Positions 30,026-37,871 of a DNA stretch of 57,200 nucleotides are shown one piece after another. Every line of letters begins with the position of its first letter. Position 1 is the first letter of the stretch. The DNA is from an uncultured delta proteobacterium (GTDB taxonomy: Bacteria; Myxococcota; Myxococcia; Myxococcales; 40CM-4-68-19), in the NCBI GenBank assembly GCA_903911145.1, contig CAIWCD010000013.1, positions 434,001 through 491,200 on the forward strand, in the 5' to 3' direction. The notes beneath the pieces were generated by a model. That model ran no database searches, was not told the DNA's origin, and saw only the letters and a list, made by a program, of their open reading frames with translations. Position numbers and translations under genes: made by a program.

Positions 30026-31372
30026 CTAGAGCGCGAACTGCGCCGCTTCGATCAGCTCGCGCACGCGGTGCAGAAAGCCGTTGCCAGTCACGCCGTCGAT
30101 CACGCGGTGGTCGTACGAGAGCGTCAGATACATCATCGGGCGGATGACGATCGCGTCCTGGTTGTCGACCGTGCGCACGACCGCGCGCTTGACGATCTCA
30201 CCCATGCGCAGGATGCCGACCTGCGGCTGGTTGATGATCGCCGCGCCGAAGAGATTTCCCTTCAGGCCCGGATTGGAGACGGTGAACGAGCCGCCGGAGA
30301 GTTCATCGGCGGTCACTTTTCCGCTGCGTCCACGAGCCGCGAGATCGTCGATCGCGCGCGCGAGTCCGAGCACGCTCTTCTCATTGGCGCGGCGGATGAC
30401 GGGCACGAGCAGGCCCTTCTCCGTCTCGACCGCAACGCCGAGGTTCACGTCCTTGCGCACGATCAGCGACTCGTCTTGCACCACCGCGTTGAGGCGCGGG
30501 AACTCGGCGAGCGCCTGCACCGTCGCGCGGCAGATCCCGACGAGGAAGCTCGGCGCCTTGCCGCCCGTCTCCTTCGCCTTCTTCCACTCTTCACGCAGGC
30601 GGGAGAGGTTGGTCATGTCGACCTCGGCCGTGCAGGGCACATGCGGCGAGGTCGCCTTCGAGTAGACCATGTGCTCGGCGATGAGGCGCCGACGCTGGTC
30701 GAACGGGAGGACTTGATCGCCTTCCTTCGGTGCGTACCGCGGCGGCTTGTAGACACGCAGAGTCAGTGCGATGGGGCCGGGACCGTAGTTCGGCGAGGGA
30801 GGCGGAGGAAGCGTGCGCTGCGGCGCTGCGGTCTGCGAACTCATCGGCGGCGGAGGCTGGCTCGCGAGCGGCGCGACAGGAACAGGCGCTGCAGCGCTGT
30901 CGATGTGCGCGAAGACATCGGCCTTGGTGATGCGGCCGCCGGGGCCCGTCCCTTGTACGCGACCGAGATCGAGTCCGTGCTCCTGCGCGACGTTGCGCGC
31001 GACGGGGCTGGCGTCGGGTGCGCCGCTCGCGTGGGAGTCAGCGGCAGGCACGGCCAGCGCGACGGGAGCAGCAGCAGGCGCGACCGCCGCCGGAGTTGCC
31101 GAGATGGGAGCAGTGGCGCTCGACGCAGCACCGCCCGCGTCGAGAGTGCAGAGCAGACCACCGACCGGAATCACCGCGCCCTCGGCAGCAGAGATGGCGC
31201 CGACCACGCCACTCGACGGAGAGGGGATCTCGGTGTTCGCTTTGTCGGTCGCGACCTCGACGAGCGATTCGTCTCGAGCAACGCTCTGTCCGGGCTTGAC
31301 CAGCCAGCGGACGATGGTTCCTTCGACGACGGACTCCCCGAGCTGCGGCATCAACACTTGGGTGGCTGGCAT
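30026..31372 (-). CDS. 2-oxo-acid dehydrogenase E2 (dihydrolipoamide acyltransferase)
   Basis: Lipoyl domain ([14 protein letters not shown]), E3-binding domain ([13 protein letters not shown]), catalytic DHRVIDG. Confidence 0.93.
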   Translation of the reverse strand: MPATQVLMPQLGESVVEGTIVRWLVKPGQSVARDESLVEVATDKANTEIPSPSSGVVGAISAAEGAVIPVGGLLCTLDAGGAASSATAPISATPAAVAPAAAPVALAVPAADSHASGAPDASPVARNVAQEHGLDLGRVQGTGPGGRITKADVFAHIDSAAAPVPVAPLASQPPPPMSSQTAAPQRTLPPPPSPNYGPGPIALTLRVYKPPRYAPKEGDQVLPFDQRRRLIAEHMVYSKATSPHVPCTAEVDMTNLSRLREEWKKAKETGGKAPSFLVGICRATVQALAEFPRLNAVVQDESLIVRKDVNLGVAVETEKGLLVPVIRRANEKSVLGLARAIDDLAARGRSGKVTADELSGGSFTVSNPGLKGNLFGAAIINQPQVGILRMGEIVKRAVVRTVDNQDAIVIRPMMYLTLSYDHRVIDGVTGNGFLHRVRELIEAAQFAL

Positions 31373-31381
31373 GGGGCGGTT

Positions 31382-31410
31382 TACCTAGCGCCCGAGGCCC
31401 CGCGAGTCAA
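31382..31410 (-). promoter_or_regulatory. Candidate sigma70 promoter for the E2 gene
   Basis: On the minus strand, TTGACT-N17-TAGGTA lies 9 nt before the ATG; no SD sequence. Confidence 0.35.
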
Positions 31411-31490
31411 CGAATGCGGTCGCGAAGCGAATCGAGCACAACCGCACGGACGCAGACGCCGATTACTGGTGAACGCGCGCGGCCTCGTCG

Positions 31491-32852
31491 ATGATGCGCG
31501 TCGTGTCCACTGGCAGCGAGCGCGCGAGCGCCGACCCATCCCGCGGCGATGTTGGCGCTGCAGCAGTCCCGACCGCTCCTGGCGCGGCCGCGCGCTCCGA
31601 TCGCATCCGCATGCGCATCGTCGACCTCGGCGCGAGGATGGCGAGGCAACCCCATCTCAACGCCATCCGCGACGGCGTCGTCGGTGCGCTCCCGCTGATT
31701 CTCCTCGGCAGCCTTTTTCTTCTGCTTGCGCAGCCGCCGTGGCCGGGCGTCGCACGCTTTCTCCCGCCGGCCGATGCGCTCAAGGCCGCCTGGCGCGCCT
31801 GCGCGGGCGCGGTCTCGCTCTACGCCTGCGCCGCGTGCAGCATCGCGCTCGCCCGGCGGCGCGAGGTCGACATCACAGCGGCCGTCACCACCTCGCTCGC
31901 TGTCTTCCTCGTCGCGCAGCACCCGCAAGCGCTCGCGACCGCCACTGGTGCGGCCGGGCCGCTCGCGATCCCCTTCTCCGTCCTCGGCGCAGCAGGCCTC
32001 TTTCCCGCCTTCGCCGCCGCGATCCTTTCGGTCGAAACCCTCTCTCTCTTCGCGAAGCGCAAGTGGGGCATCGCCTTGAGCGGCGGCGCGCCCGACGTCG
32101 TGGTCCGCTCATTCGCGGCGCTGCTTCCGAGCGCGACCTGCGTCGTCTCCGTCTGGATCGTCGTCCATCTCTTCGGCTTCGATCTCGCGCAGGGCCTTGC
32201 TGCTCTCTGCGCCCCGCTCCTCTCCGCGTCCGACGCGCTCCCCGCACTGCTCGCGATCGTGCTGATCGACTCCTGCCTCTGGATGATCGGCATCCACGGC
32301 CTCTCGGTGCTCGCCGCGGTGCGCCCGCTCTGGCTCGCCGCGCTCGCGGAGAACATGCAGGCGATCGCGGCGGGAGGAGAGCCGCATCATCTCGCGACGC
32401 AGGAGTTCTTCGTCTGGTTCGTCTGGCAGGGCGGCTCGGGAGCGACGCTCGGCCTCGCCTTCGCGCTCCTCTTCGCGCGCAGCAAGCAGCTCAAGCTCGT
32501 GGGCCGCACGGGGCTTGTGCCGGCGCTCTTCAACATCAACGAGCCGCTCCTCTTCGGAACGCCCGTCGTGCTCAACGCGACGCTCGCCCTGCCCTTCATC
32601 GTCGCGCCGATTCTGATGACCTGCACGACCTGGGCGGCGATGCATTCCGGGTTGGTTTCGCTGCCCATCGCCGAGGTGGTCTGGACGCTGCCTGCACCCA
32701 TCGGAGCATTTCTCTCGACCGGAGGAGACCAGCGCGCGCTCTTGCTGCAAGCAGGCAATCTCGTGATCGCCTGTGCGCTCTGGTGGCCGTTCGTGCGCCG
32801 CTACGATCGCGCGCTCGTCGCGGCCGAAGAGTCGGCAGGAGCACGTGCGTAG
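31491..32852 (+). CDS. PTS EIIC component, lactose/cellobiose/chitobiose (CelB/ChbC-like) family; true start may be 31611
   Basis: HLNAIRDG, LWMIGIHG, GGSGATLGL, PALFNINEPLLFGTPVVLN, WTLPAPIG, WWPFVRRYD. Confidence 0.9.
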   Translation: MMRVVSTGSERASADPSRGDVGAAAVPTAPGAAARSDRIRMRIVDLGARMARQPHLNAIRDGVVGALPLILLGSLFLLLAQPPWPGVARFLPPADALKAAWRACAGAVSLYACAACSIALARRREVDITAAVTTSLAVFLVAQHPQALATATGAAGPLAIPFSVLGAAGLFPAFAAAILSVETLSLFAKRKWGIALSGGAPDVVVRSFAALLPSATCVVSVWIVVHLFGFDLAQGLAALCAPLLSASDALPALLAIVLIDSCLWMIGIHGLSVLAAVRPLWLAALAENMQAIAAGGEPHHLATQEFFVWFVWQGGSGATLGLAFALLFARSKQLKLVGRTGLVPALFNINEPLLFGTPVVLNATLALPFIVAPILMTCTTWAAMHSGLVSLPIAEVVWTLPAPIGAFLSTGGDQRALLLQAGNLVIACALWWPFVRRYDRALVAAEESAGARA

Positions 32853-32911
32853 AGTTCGGCGTCCGCAGATCTGCAGCCGTTGTTCAAGGCGGCGTTTCTC
32901 AAAGGAGCAGC

Positions 32912-33085
32912 ATGGCAGCGCAGGCCGGGCTTTACCTTCCGCACGCAGAGGTCGATCTCAAGATCGCTCTCGGCGACGTGCGCTTCGAGGATGACGAGCA
33001 TGCCTACGATGGCTTCCTGTTCGTCCGCGAGAACCTGCTGCTGCCGAGCGGCGCGGACATCCTTGGACCGCTGGGCAGACGATGA
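32912..33085 (+). CDS. Small ORF (57 aa) or gene remnant
   Basis: AAAGGAG RBS then ATG at 32912; stop overlaps the next start (ATGA); GC3-biased codons. Confidence 0.4.
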   Translation: MAAQAGLYLPHAEVDLKIALGDVRFEDDEHAYDGFLFVRENLLLPSGADILGPLGRR

Positions 33086-33822
33086 AGCGCACGCCTGCTG
33101 AGACCACCGTGATCTGCGCTGTCTGGCACGGCGATCCTGCGCGACATGCACTGCTCGCCGGGCATCGGAAAAATCTCGACGAGCAGAGCGTTGCCGTCGA
33201 GCGGATCTATGTCTTCGACGCGGGGGACCAACCGCCGCGCGAGTTCGCGAACTGCAGCGTCACGGTCGGCGCATCGCTCGCGCTCTATGAGGCCTGGAAC
33301 GTCGCGCTCTCTCTGGTGCGAACTCCGTTCGTGCTCAACCTCAACCTCGACGATCGCCTCGCACCCGATGCAATCGAGAAGCTCACCGAGGCCGCGAACG
33401 CTGGCGCCGATCTCGCCTGCGGCGATTGGCGCATCTGTTATTCGCAGGAGGAGACCGACGCGGTTGTGCCCTGCCACCCGCGCTCCGGGCTTCCGTTCGT
33501 CTCCGGCTGGCCTCTCCCGCGCAATACCCGCTCGCGTCTCGGCAGCGGCGTCGAGCGCGACACCTATGGCCCGAGCTGCCTGTGGCGCCTCGCGCTGCAT
33601 AGCGAGCTGCCCAGATATCCCTGGCGGTTCGACGATCGCACGCCAATCAAGTCGCTCGGCGATTGGCTCTTCTGGCGCGAATTGGCGAAGCGCAAGAAGC
33701 GCATCGTGTCGGTACCAACGATTATCGGGAACTATCATAGCCACCCGAATGAGCAGGCCGAGTTCCGCCTCCTCGGCCAGGACGATATGAAGCGCGGCAT
33801 CGAGCAGGTTTCGCTGCCGTAG
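33082..33822 (+). CDS. GT-A fold / family 2 glycosyltransferase-like protein
   Basis: LYEAWNVAL...NLNLDDRL (DxD-like), P..LWR..LH, GDWLFW. Confidence 0.7.
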   Translation: MKRTPAETTVICAVWHGDPARHALLAGHRKNLDEQSVAVERIYVFDAGDQPPREFANCSVTVGASLALYEAWNVALSLVRTPFVLNLNLDDRLAPDAIEKLTEAANAGADLACGDWRICYSQEETDAVVPCHPRSGLPFVSGWPLPRNTRSRLGSGVERDTYGPSCLWRLALHSELPRYPWRFDDRTPIKSLGDWLFWRELAKRKKRIVSVPTIIGNYHSHPNEQAEFRLLGQDDMKRGIEQVSLP

Positions 33823-33889
33823 AGAGTTTCGCCTGTCTTGGGGGAACTCCCATTGACGTCGATATCGCAAACACGCATTGAGTCGCCGA

Positions 33890-36079
33890 ATGATCACTCG
33901 AACAACGTCCGCCGGTTTGTCGTGCATCTGCGCCCTGCTCCTGTGCGCAATGGGCTGCGCGAACGGCCGTAACCCAAGCGACGCCGGCGCCGACGCAGGA
34001 AGCGACGGCGGAACCGGAGACGCCGGGACCGACGCCGGGACCGATGGCGGGCACAGCGACGCAGGGATCGACGCCGGTATCGATGCGGGAGTCGATGCTG
34101 GTACCGACGCCGGTATCGACGCGGGGGTCGACGCGGGAGTCGATGCGGGGCCACTCGATGGCGGCTTCACTCCCGATAGTCCGGTAACCACCAGCATTCC
34201 TTATTGGCGATTAACCTTCGTCGACGATTTCCGTGGCAAGACCGGCGCCTCCGACGACGACTGGTGCTTCGATCAACTGCCCGCACAGTGCACCATCTGG
34301 GGAGCGGATCAGCACGACTGCGACTTATCCAACGTTGCCGACCCGACGATGATTCCCCCGGTCGCTGCAAACCTCGCTGCGGCGTTGGCGCTCTACGAAC
34401 CGGGCACCGATTGGAATAGCGCGAGCGAGGCGGATATCCGCGCTGCCTATGTATCGCTCGTGCGAGAGCGCACCAAGGACCTCAATAAGTGCAATTGGAG
34501 CGTCTATCAAATGATCAACTGGATGGCGACCGACTATAGCGGTCATTATTCGGCGCGATTCGATCCGACGCGCGTGACGGTGAATCCTGCCGGCAAGGGA
34601 TATCTCGAACTCTCGGCGACTGCGGCGCCCGTGAAATATGACTGCGTCTACGGTGGCACGCTCGGCGGACCCAACTGCGCGGTCCACTCATTTGCCGCAG
34701 GAGTCCTCTCTCCCTCGGTCAGCTATTGGGCTGATCCCAACCCGAGTTGGCCGGGCGTCTATTATGCACCCACAAACGGCCAATGCCCGAACGGCGGGAC
34801 ATATACCGGCGTGAATTGCCTGGTCATCAGCTTTGCCGCTCATGTTCTCGATGAGCACGGGCCAAGCTACTGGGTCGATTCCGACGTTCGCTGGCCCGGT
34901 GTCTACTATGCGAACCAGCCTTATCGTTGCTATGACAACATCGATTACTCGCCCACGTTCGGCTTCCGCAATCTGACCTGTCCCATCCTCGACGGCGCAA
35001 TCATGAGCAACCCCGCGACCACGCCGGTCGCGGACCCGGCGGGCATCAAGCACGGCAATGGCTTTGCTCAATATGAGGGCCGATTCGAAGCGAAGGCCCG
35101 CATCCCCAAAGGGGTTGGCGCATTTCCCGCGGCGTGGCTGATGCCGACGTCCGGCGGCTGGCCCTACAACGGCGGAGAGATCGACGTCCTCGAAGCGCGC
35201 GACGCAGCCGATAAGGTCTTTCAGACCTATCACAACGGCAAATGCTATCTCGCCTCAACCGGCGCGGAGATCGCTGCAACCGATCCGGGAGATTGCGCCA
35301 ACAAGGGTGGCGAGAGTGTCCACTTGAGCCTCGGCCATACCCAGAACCAGCGCAGCCTCGATGAATTCTCCACCCGCGATCACGTCTTCTCCGCCGAATG
35401 GACCGACGGGCATATCGCCTACTATGTGAACAATTCGCTCACGGGCTCGGTATCCATCGGAGACGTCGCGGCAATCGACCCGACCAGCGCGCCCGCAAGC
35501 CTCGACCAGTATGAATCCACCAACTTCCCGACGCAGCCGTTCTATTGGATCTTGAATCACTCGACCTATGTCGCGCCCGCGAATCAATCAGGATGGCCAA
35601 CGCAGACGTTCCTGCTCGACTACGTGAAGAACTATGCGCACTGCACGCGAAATCTCGACTTCTGCCCGTGCGGCGGGGCTTTCAGCGAATCGAATGGATG
35701 CACAATGGGACACAGCGAGCCATTGCACTGCCCAGCGGGGATATCGACGCCGTCGATATCGAATGGGAGATATCCAGCGTTCTGCTCGGCGGCAAACGAA
35801 GATTGCCCGAACGGAGGGACCAAGTCGGGCGCACGGTGCGAAGTCCGTGCCTTCGCACCGAATGAAACGCGTTCGGGAGTGACCTATCAACTCGATAGCT
35901 CGACCGCCACGGTCTATTACGCGCCAATCACCGGCCAGTGCACGATTGGCGGCACGATGGCGAATGGAAACTGCGTCATCGAGACCCTGCCTGGCGACCT
36001 GCTCGAGAGCGGAGTCACCTATAGCGTGGATACCAGCACGTTGCCCGGAGGCATCTATTACACACCCGATTTCAGGTAA
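33890..36079 (+). CDS. GH16-family glycoside hydrolase lipoprotein with DAG linker and Cys-containing repeats
   Basis: Cys-rich signal/lipobox, (DAGx)n linker, WRLTFVDDF, EGRFEAKARIPKG.GAFPAAWLMP...WP..GEIDVLE, HVFSAEW, QPFYWILN, LLDYVK. Confidence 0.85.
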   Translation: MITRTTSAGLSCICALLLCAMGCANGRNPSDAGADAGSDGGTGDAGTDAGTDGGHSDAGIDAGIDAGVDAGTDAGIDAGVDAGVDAGPLDGGFTPDSPVTTSIPYWRLTFVDDFRGKTGASDDDWCFDQLPAQCTIWGADQHDCDLSNVADPTMIPPVAANLAAALALYEPGTDWNSASEADIRAAYVSLVRERTKDLNKCNWSVYQMINWMATDYSGHYSARFDPTRVTVNPAGKGYLELSATAAPVKYDCVYGGTLGGPNCAVHSFAAGVLSPSVSYWADPNPSWPGVYYAPTNGQCPNGGTYTGVNCLVISFAAHVLDEHGPSYWVDSDVRWPGVYYANQPYRCYDNIDYSPTFGFRNLTCPILDGAIMSNPATTPVADPAGIKHGNGFAQYEGRFEAKARIPKGVGAFPAAWLMPTSGGWPYNGGEIDVLEARDAADKVFQTYHNGKCYLASTGAEIAATDPGDCANKGGESVHLSLGHTQNQRSLDEFSTRDHVFSAEWTDGHIAYYVNNSLTGSVSIGDVAAIDPTSAPASLDQYESTNFPTQPFYWILNHSTYVAPANQSGWPTQTFLLDYVKNYAHCTRNLDFCPCGGAFSESNGCTMGHSEPLHCPAGISTPSISNGRYPAFCSAANEDCPNGGTKSGARCEVRAFAPNETRSGVTYQLDSSTATVYYAPITGQCTIGGTMANGNCVIETLPGDLLESGVTYSVDTSTLPGGIYYTPDFR
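33980..34166 (+). repeat. Degenerate 12-bp tandem repeats encoding the (D-A-G-x)n linker
   Basis: gacgccgggacc, gacgcagggatc, gacgccggtatc, gatgcgggagtc and similar units. Confidence 0.85.
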
Positions 36080-36111
36080 TCGAGATCGGGGATAGTTCCT
36101 CGCGGGTGCGG

Positions 36112-36957
36112 CTATCGCGGGGAATCGCCTGGCGCGGTGTCGGCTGAAGATATCGCGCGGAGATGTTCGACATCACCGGCGACGACGCGATGGAGAACCG
36201 CGGCGTCGTCGCGCACCAGCAGCGCACCGTCATCGTCCATTCCCTCGGCGATCCCGACGAGCGGTTGGCCGCCGTCGATGCGCACGCGCTGCGAGAGCGT
36301 CGACGAGAGTTCCATCCAACGCAGTCGAAGCGCCGCAAAACCCTCCGCCGCGTGGCGCGTGAGCCACTGTTCATGCGACGCGAGCAACTGTGCGCAGGCG
36401 AGCGTGCGTGACACGGGAGCACCGACTTCAATTGCAACCGACGTGGCGAGAGCCTGCAACTCGAGCGGCAAGTCGCTGGCCTCGACATTCACATTGAGCC
36501 CGATGCCGAGCACGACATGCGAGAGCGACCCGCCTTGCGCCCGCATCTCGGCGAGCAGACCGGCGAGCTTGCGACCGCGGGACTGGACATCATTCGGCCA
36601 CTTGAGCTGCGCGTGGATCGCCCCGAGCGCGCGCGCTGCTTCACAGACCGCGAGCGCCGCGACGAAGGCCAACTCGGGCGCCCGGACCGCTGGCAGCGCG
36701 GGCCGCAGCACGATCGACATCGCGAGCGCCTTGCCCTTCGGCGTCGTCCAGACGCGGCCGCGCCGCCCCCTCCCGTTCGTCTGCGCCTCCGCGATCACGA
36801 CCGTGCCGTGCGCAGCTCCGCGCTCGGCGAGTCGATGCGCCTCGTCGTTGGTGGAGTCGATCTCGTCGTGCAGAAAGATGGTGCGCCCAAGCTGCGTGCA
36901 GCCGAGCCGCGCGAGCAGAGACGACAACTCTTCCCGATCGAGTACGTCCGCGCTCAC
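36112..36957 (-). CDS. birA: Biotin--[acetyl-CoA carboxylase] ligase (no N-terminal HTH)
   Basis: IDSTNDEA, QTNGRGRRGRVW, LKWPNDV, KLAGLL, GIGLNV. GTG 36957 overlaps the nadC stop. Confidence 0.93.
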   Translation of the reverse strand: MSADVLDREELSSLLARLGCTQLGRTIFLHDEIDSTNDEAHRLAERGAAHGTVVIAEAQTNGRGRRGRVWTTPKGKALAMSIVLRPALPAVRAPELAFVAALAVCEAARALGAIHAQLKWPNDVQSRGRKLAGLLAEMRAQGGSLSHVVLGIGLNVNVEASDLPLELQALATSVAIEVGAPVSRTLACAQLLASHEQWLTRHAAEGFAALRLRWMELSSTLSQRVRIDGGQPLVGIAEGMDDDGALLVRDDAAVLHRVVAGDVEHLRAISSADTAPGDSPR

Positions 36958-37868
36958 GCTCCGCGCGGTCCAGATGCTGCCGGTGCCTCTTCGATCAGCA
37001 GCGAGAGATCGACCGCGCGCGCCGAGTGCGTGAGCGCGCCCGCCGAGACGTAGTCGACGCCGCAGGCCGCGATGCGGGCGAGCCGATCGAGCGTGACGCC
37101 GCCAGAGCACTCGGTGGGCACGCGGCCCGCCACCCGCGCGACCGCTGCGGCAAGCTCCTTGTCGTCGAGATTGTCGAGCAGAAGCATCTGCGCGCCGGCA
37201 GCGAGCGCCTCGTCGATCTGCGCGGGAGTCGAGACCTCGGCCTCCACCTTCACGAGAGGATGGGCCGCAGCCCGCGCGCGCCGCACCGCTTCGCCGACCG
37301 AACCAGCGGCAGCGCAATGGTTGTCTTTGACAAGTATTCCATCAAACAGAGCGCCGCGATGATTCCCGCCGCCACCCGCGCGCACCGCCGCTTTTTCCAG
37401 CCCGCGCAGGCCGGGTGTGGTCTTGCGCGTATCGAGCAGTTTCGTGCGCGTCGAAGCGAGCACGGCGGCCCACTTTCGCGTCTCCGTTGCAATCCCCGAG
37501 AGGCGTTGGATGAGGTTGAGCGCCGTCCGCTCTCCCGTCAGCAGCGCGCGCATCTTTCCGCGAATCACCAGCACGCCTGCGCCCGCGTCGAGAGCCGCCC
37601 CTTCATCGGCGAGCAGTTCGAGCGAGCAGTCCGGATCGAGCGCACGAAAGACGCGGGCCGCCGCCGAGACACCCGAGACGACGAGCGGCTCCTTCGCAAA
37701 GATCCGCGCACGCCCCTGCGCCTGCGCCGAGACAGTGGCCTCGGTGGTCAGATCGCCCGGCCCGACATCCTCGTCGAGCGCGAGCGAAATCAGCCTGCCC
37801 ACAGCGTCGTCGGGCCGACCGAGGTCGAGCCCGCGAGCCGCCGCCAGCGCTGGCGCGTGCGCAGCCAC
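36954..37868 (-). CDS. nadC: Quinolinate phosphoribosyltransferase
   Basis: ERTALN...SGIAT, DTRKTTPGLR, HR...KDNH, LLDN, GALTHS. Confidence 0.96.
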   Translation of the reverse strand: MAAHAPALAAARGLDLGRPDDAVGRLISLALDEDVGPGDLTTEATVSAQAQGRARIFAKEPLVVSGVSAAARVFRALDPDCSLELLADEGAALDAGAGVLVIRGKMRALLTGERTALNLIQRLSGIATETRKWAAVLASTRTKLLDTRKTTPGLRGLEKAAVRAGGGGNHRGALFDGILVKDNHCAAAGSVGEAVRRARAAAHPLVKVEAEVSTPAQIDEALAAGAQMLLLDNLDDKELAAAVARVAGRVPTECSGGVTLDRLARIAACGVDYVSAGALTHSARAVDLSLLIEEAPAASGPRGA

Positions 37869-37871
37869 TGG

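Noticed and set aside
30068..33085. 1005-aa plus-strand ORF
   Set aside because: Shadow ORF: antisense to E2 and out of frame over EIIC, Arg-rich with no motifs. Only its last 57 codons are kept as a candidate small ORF.
33980..34166. Tandem repeats as a possible CRISPR array
   Set aside because: 12-bp degenerate in-frame coding repeats without spacers; no cas genes in the window.
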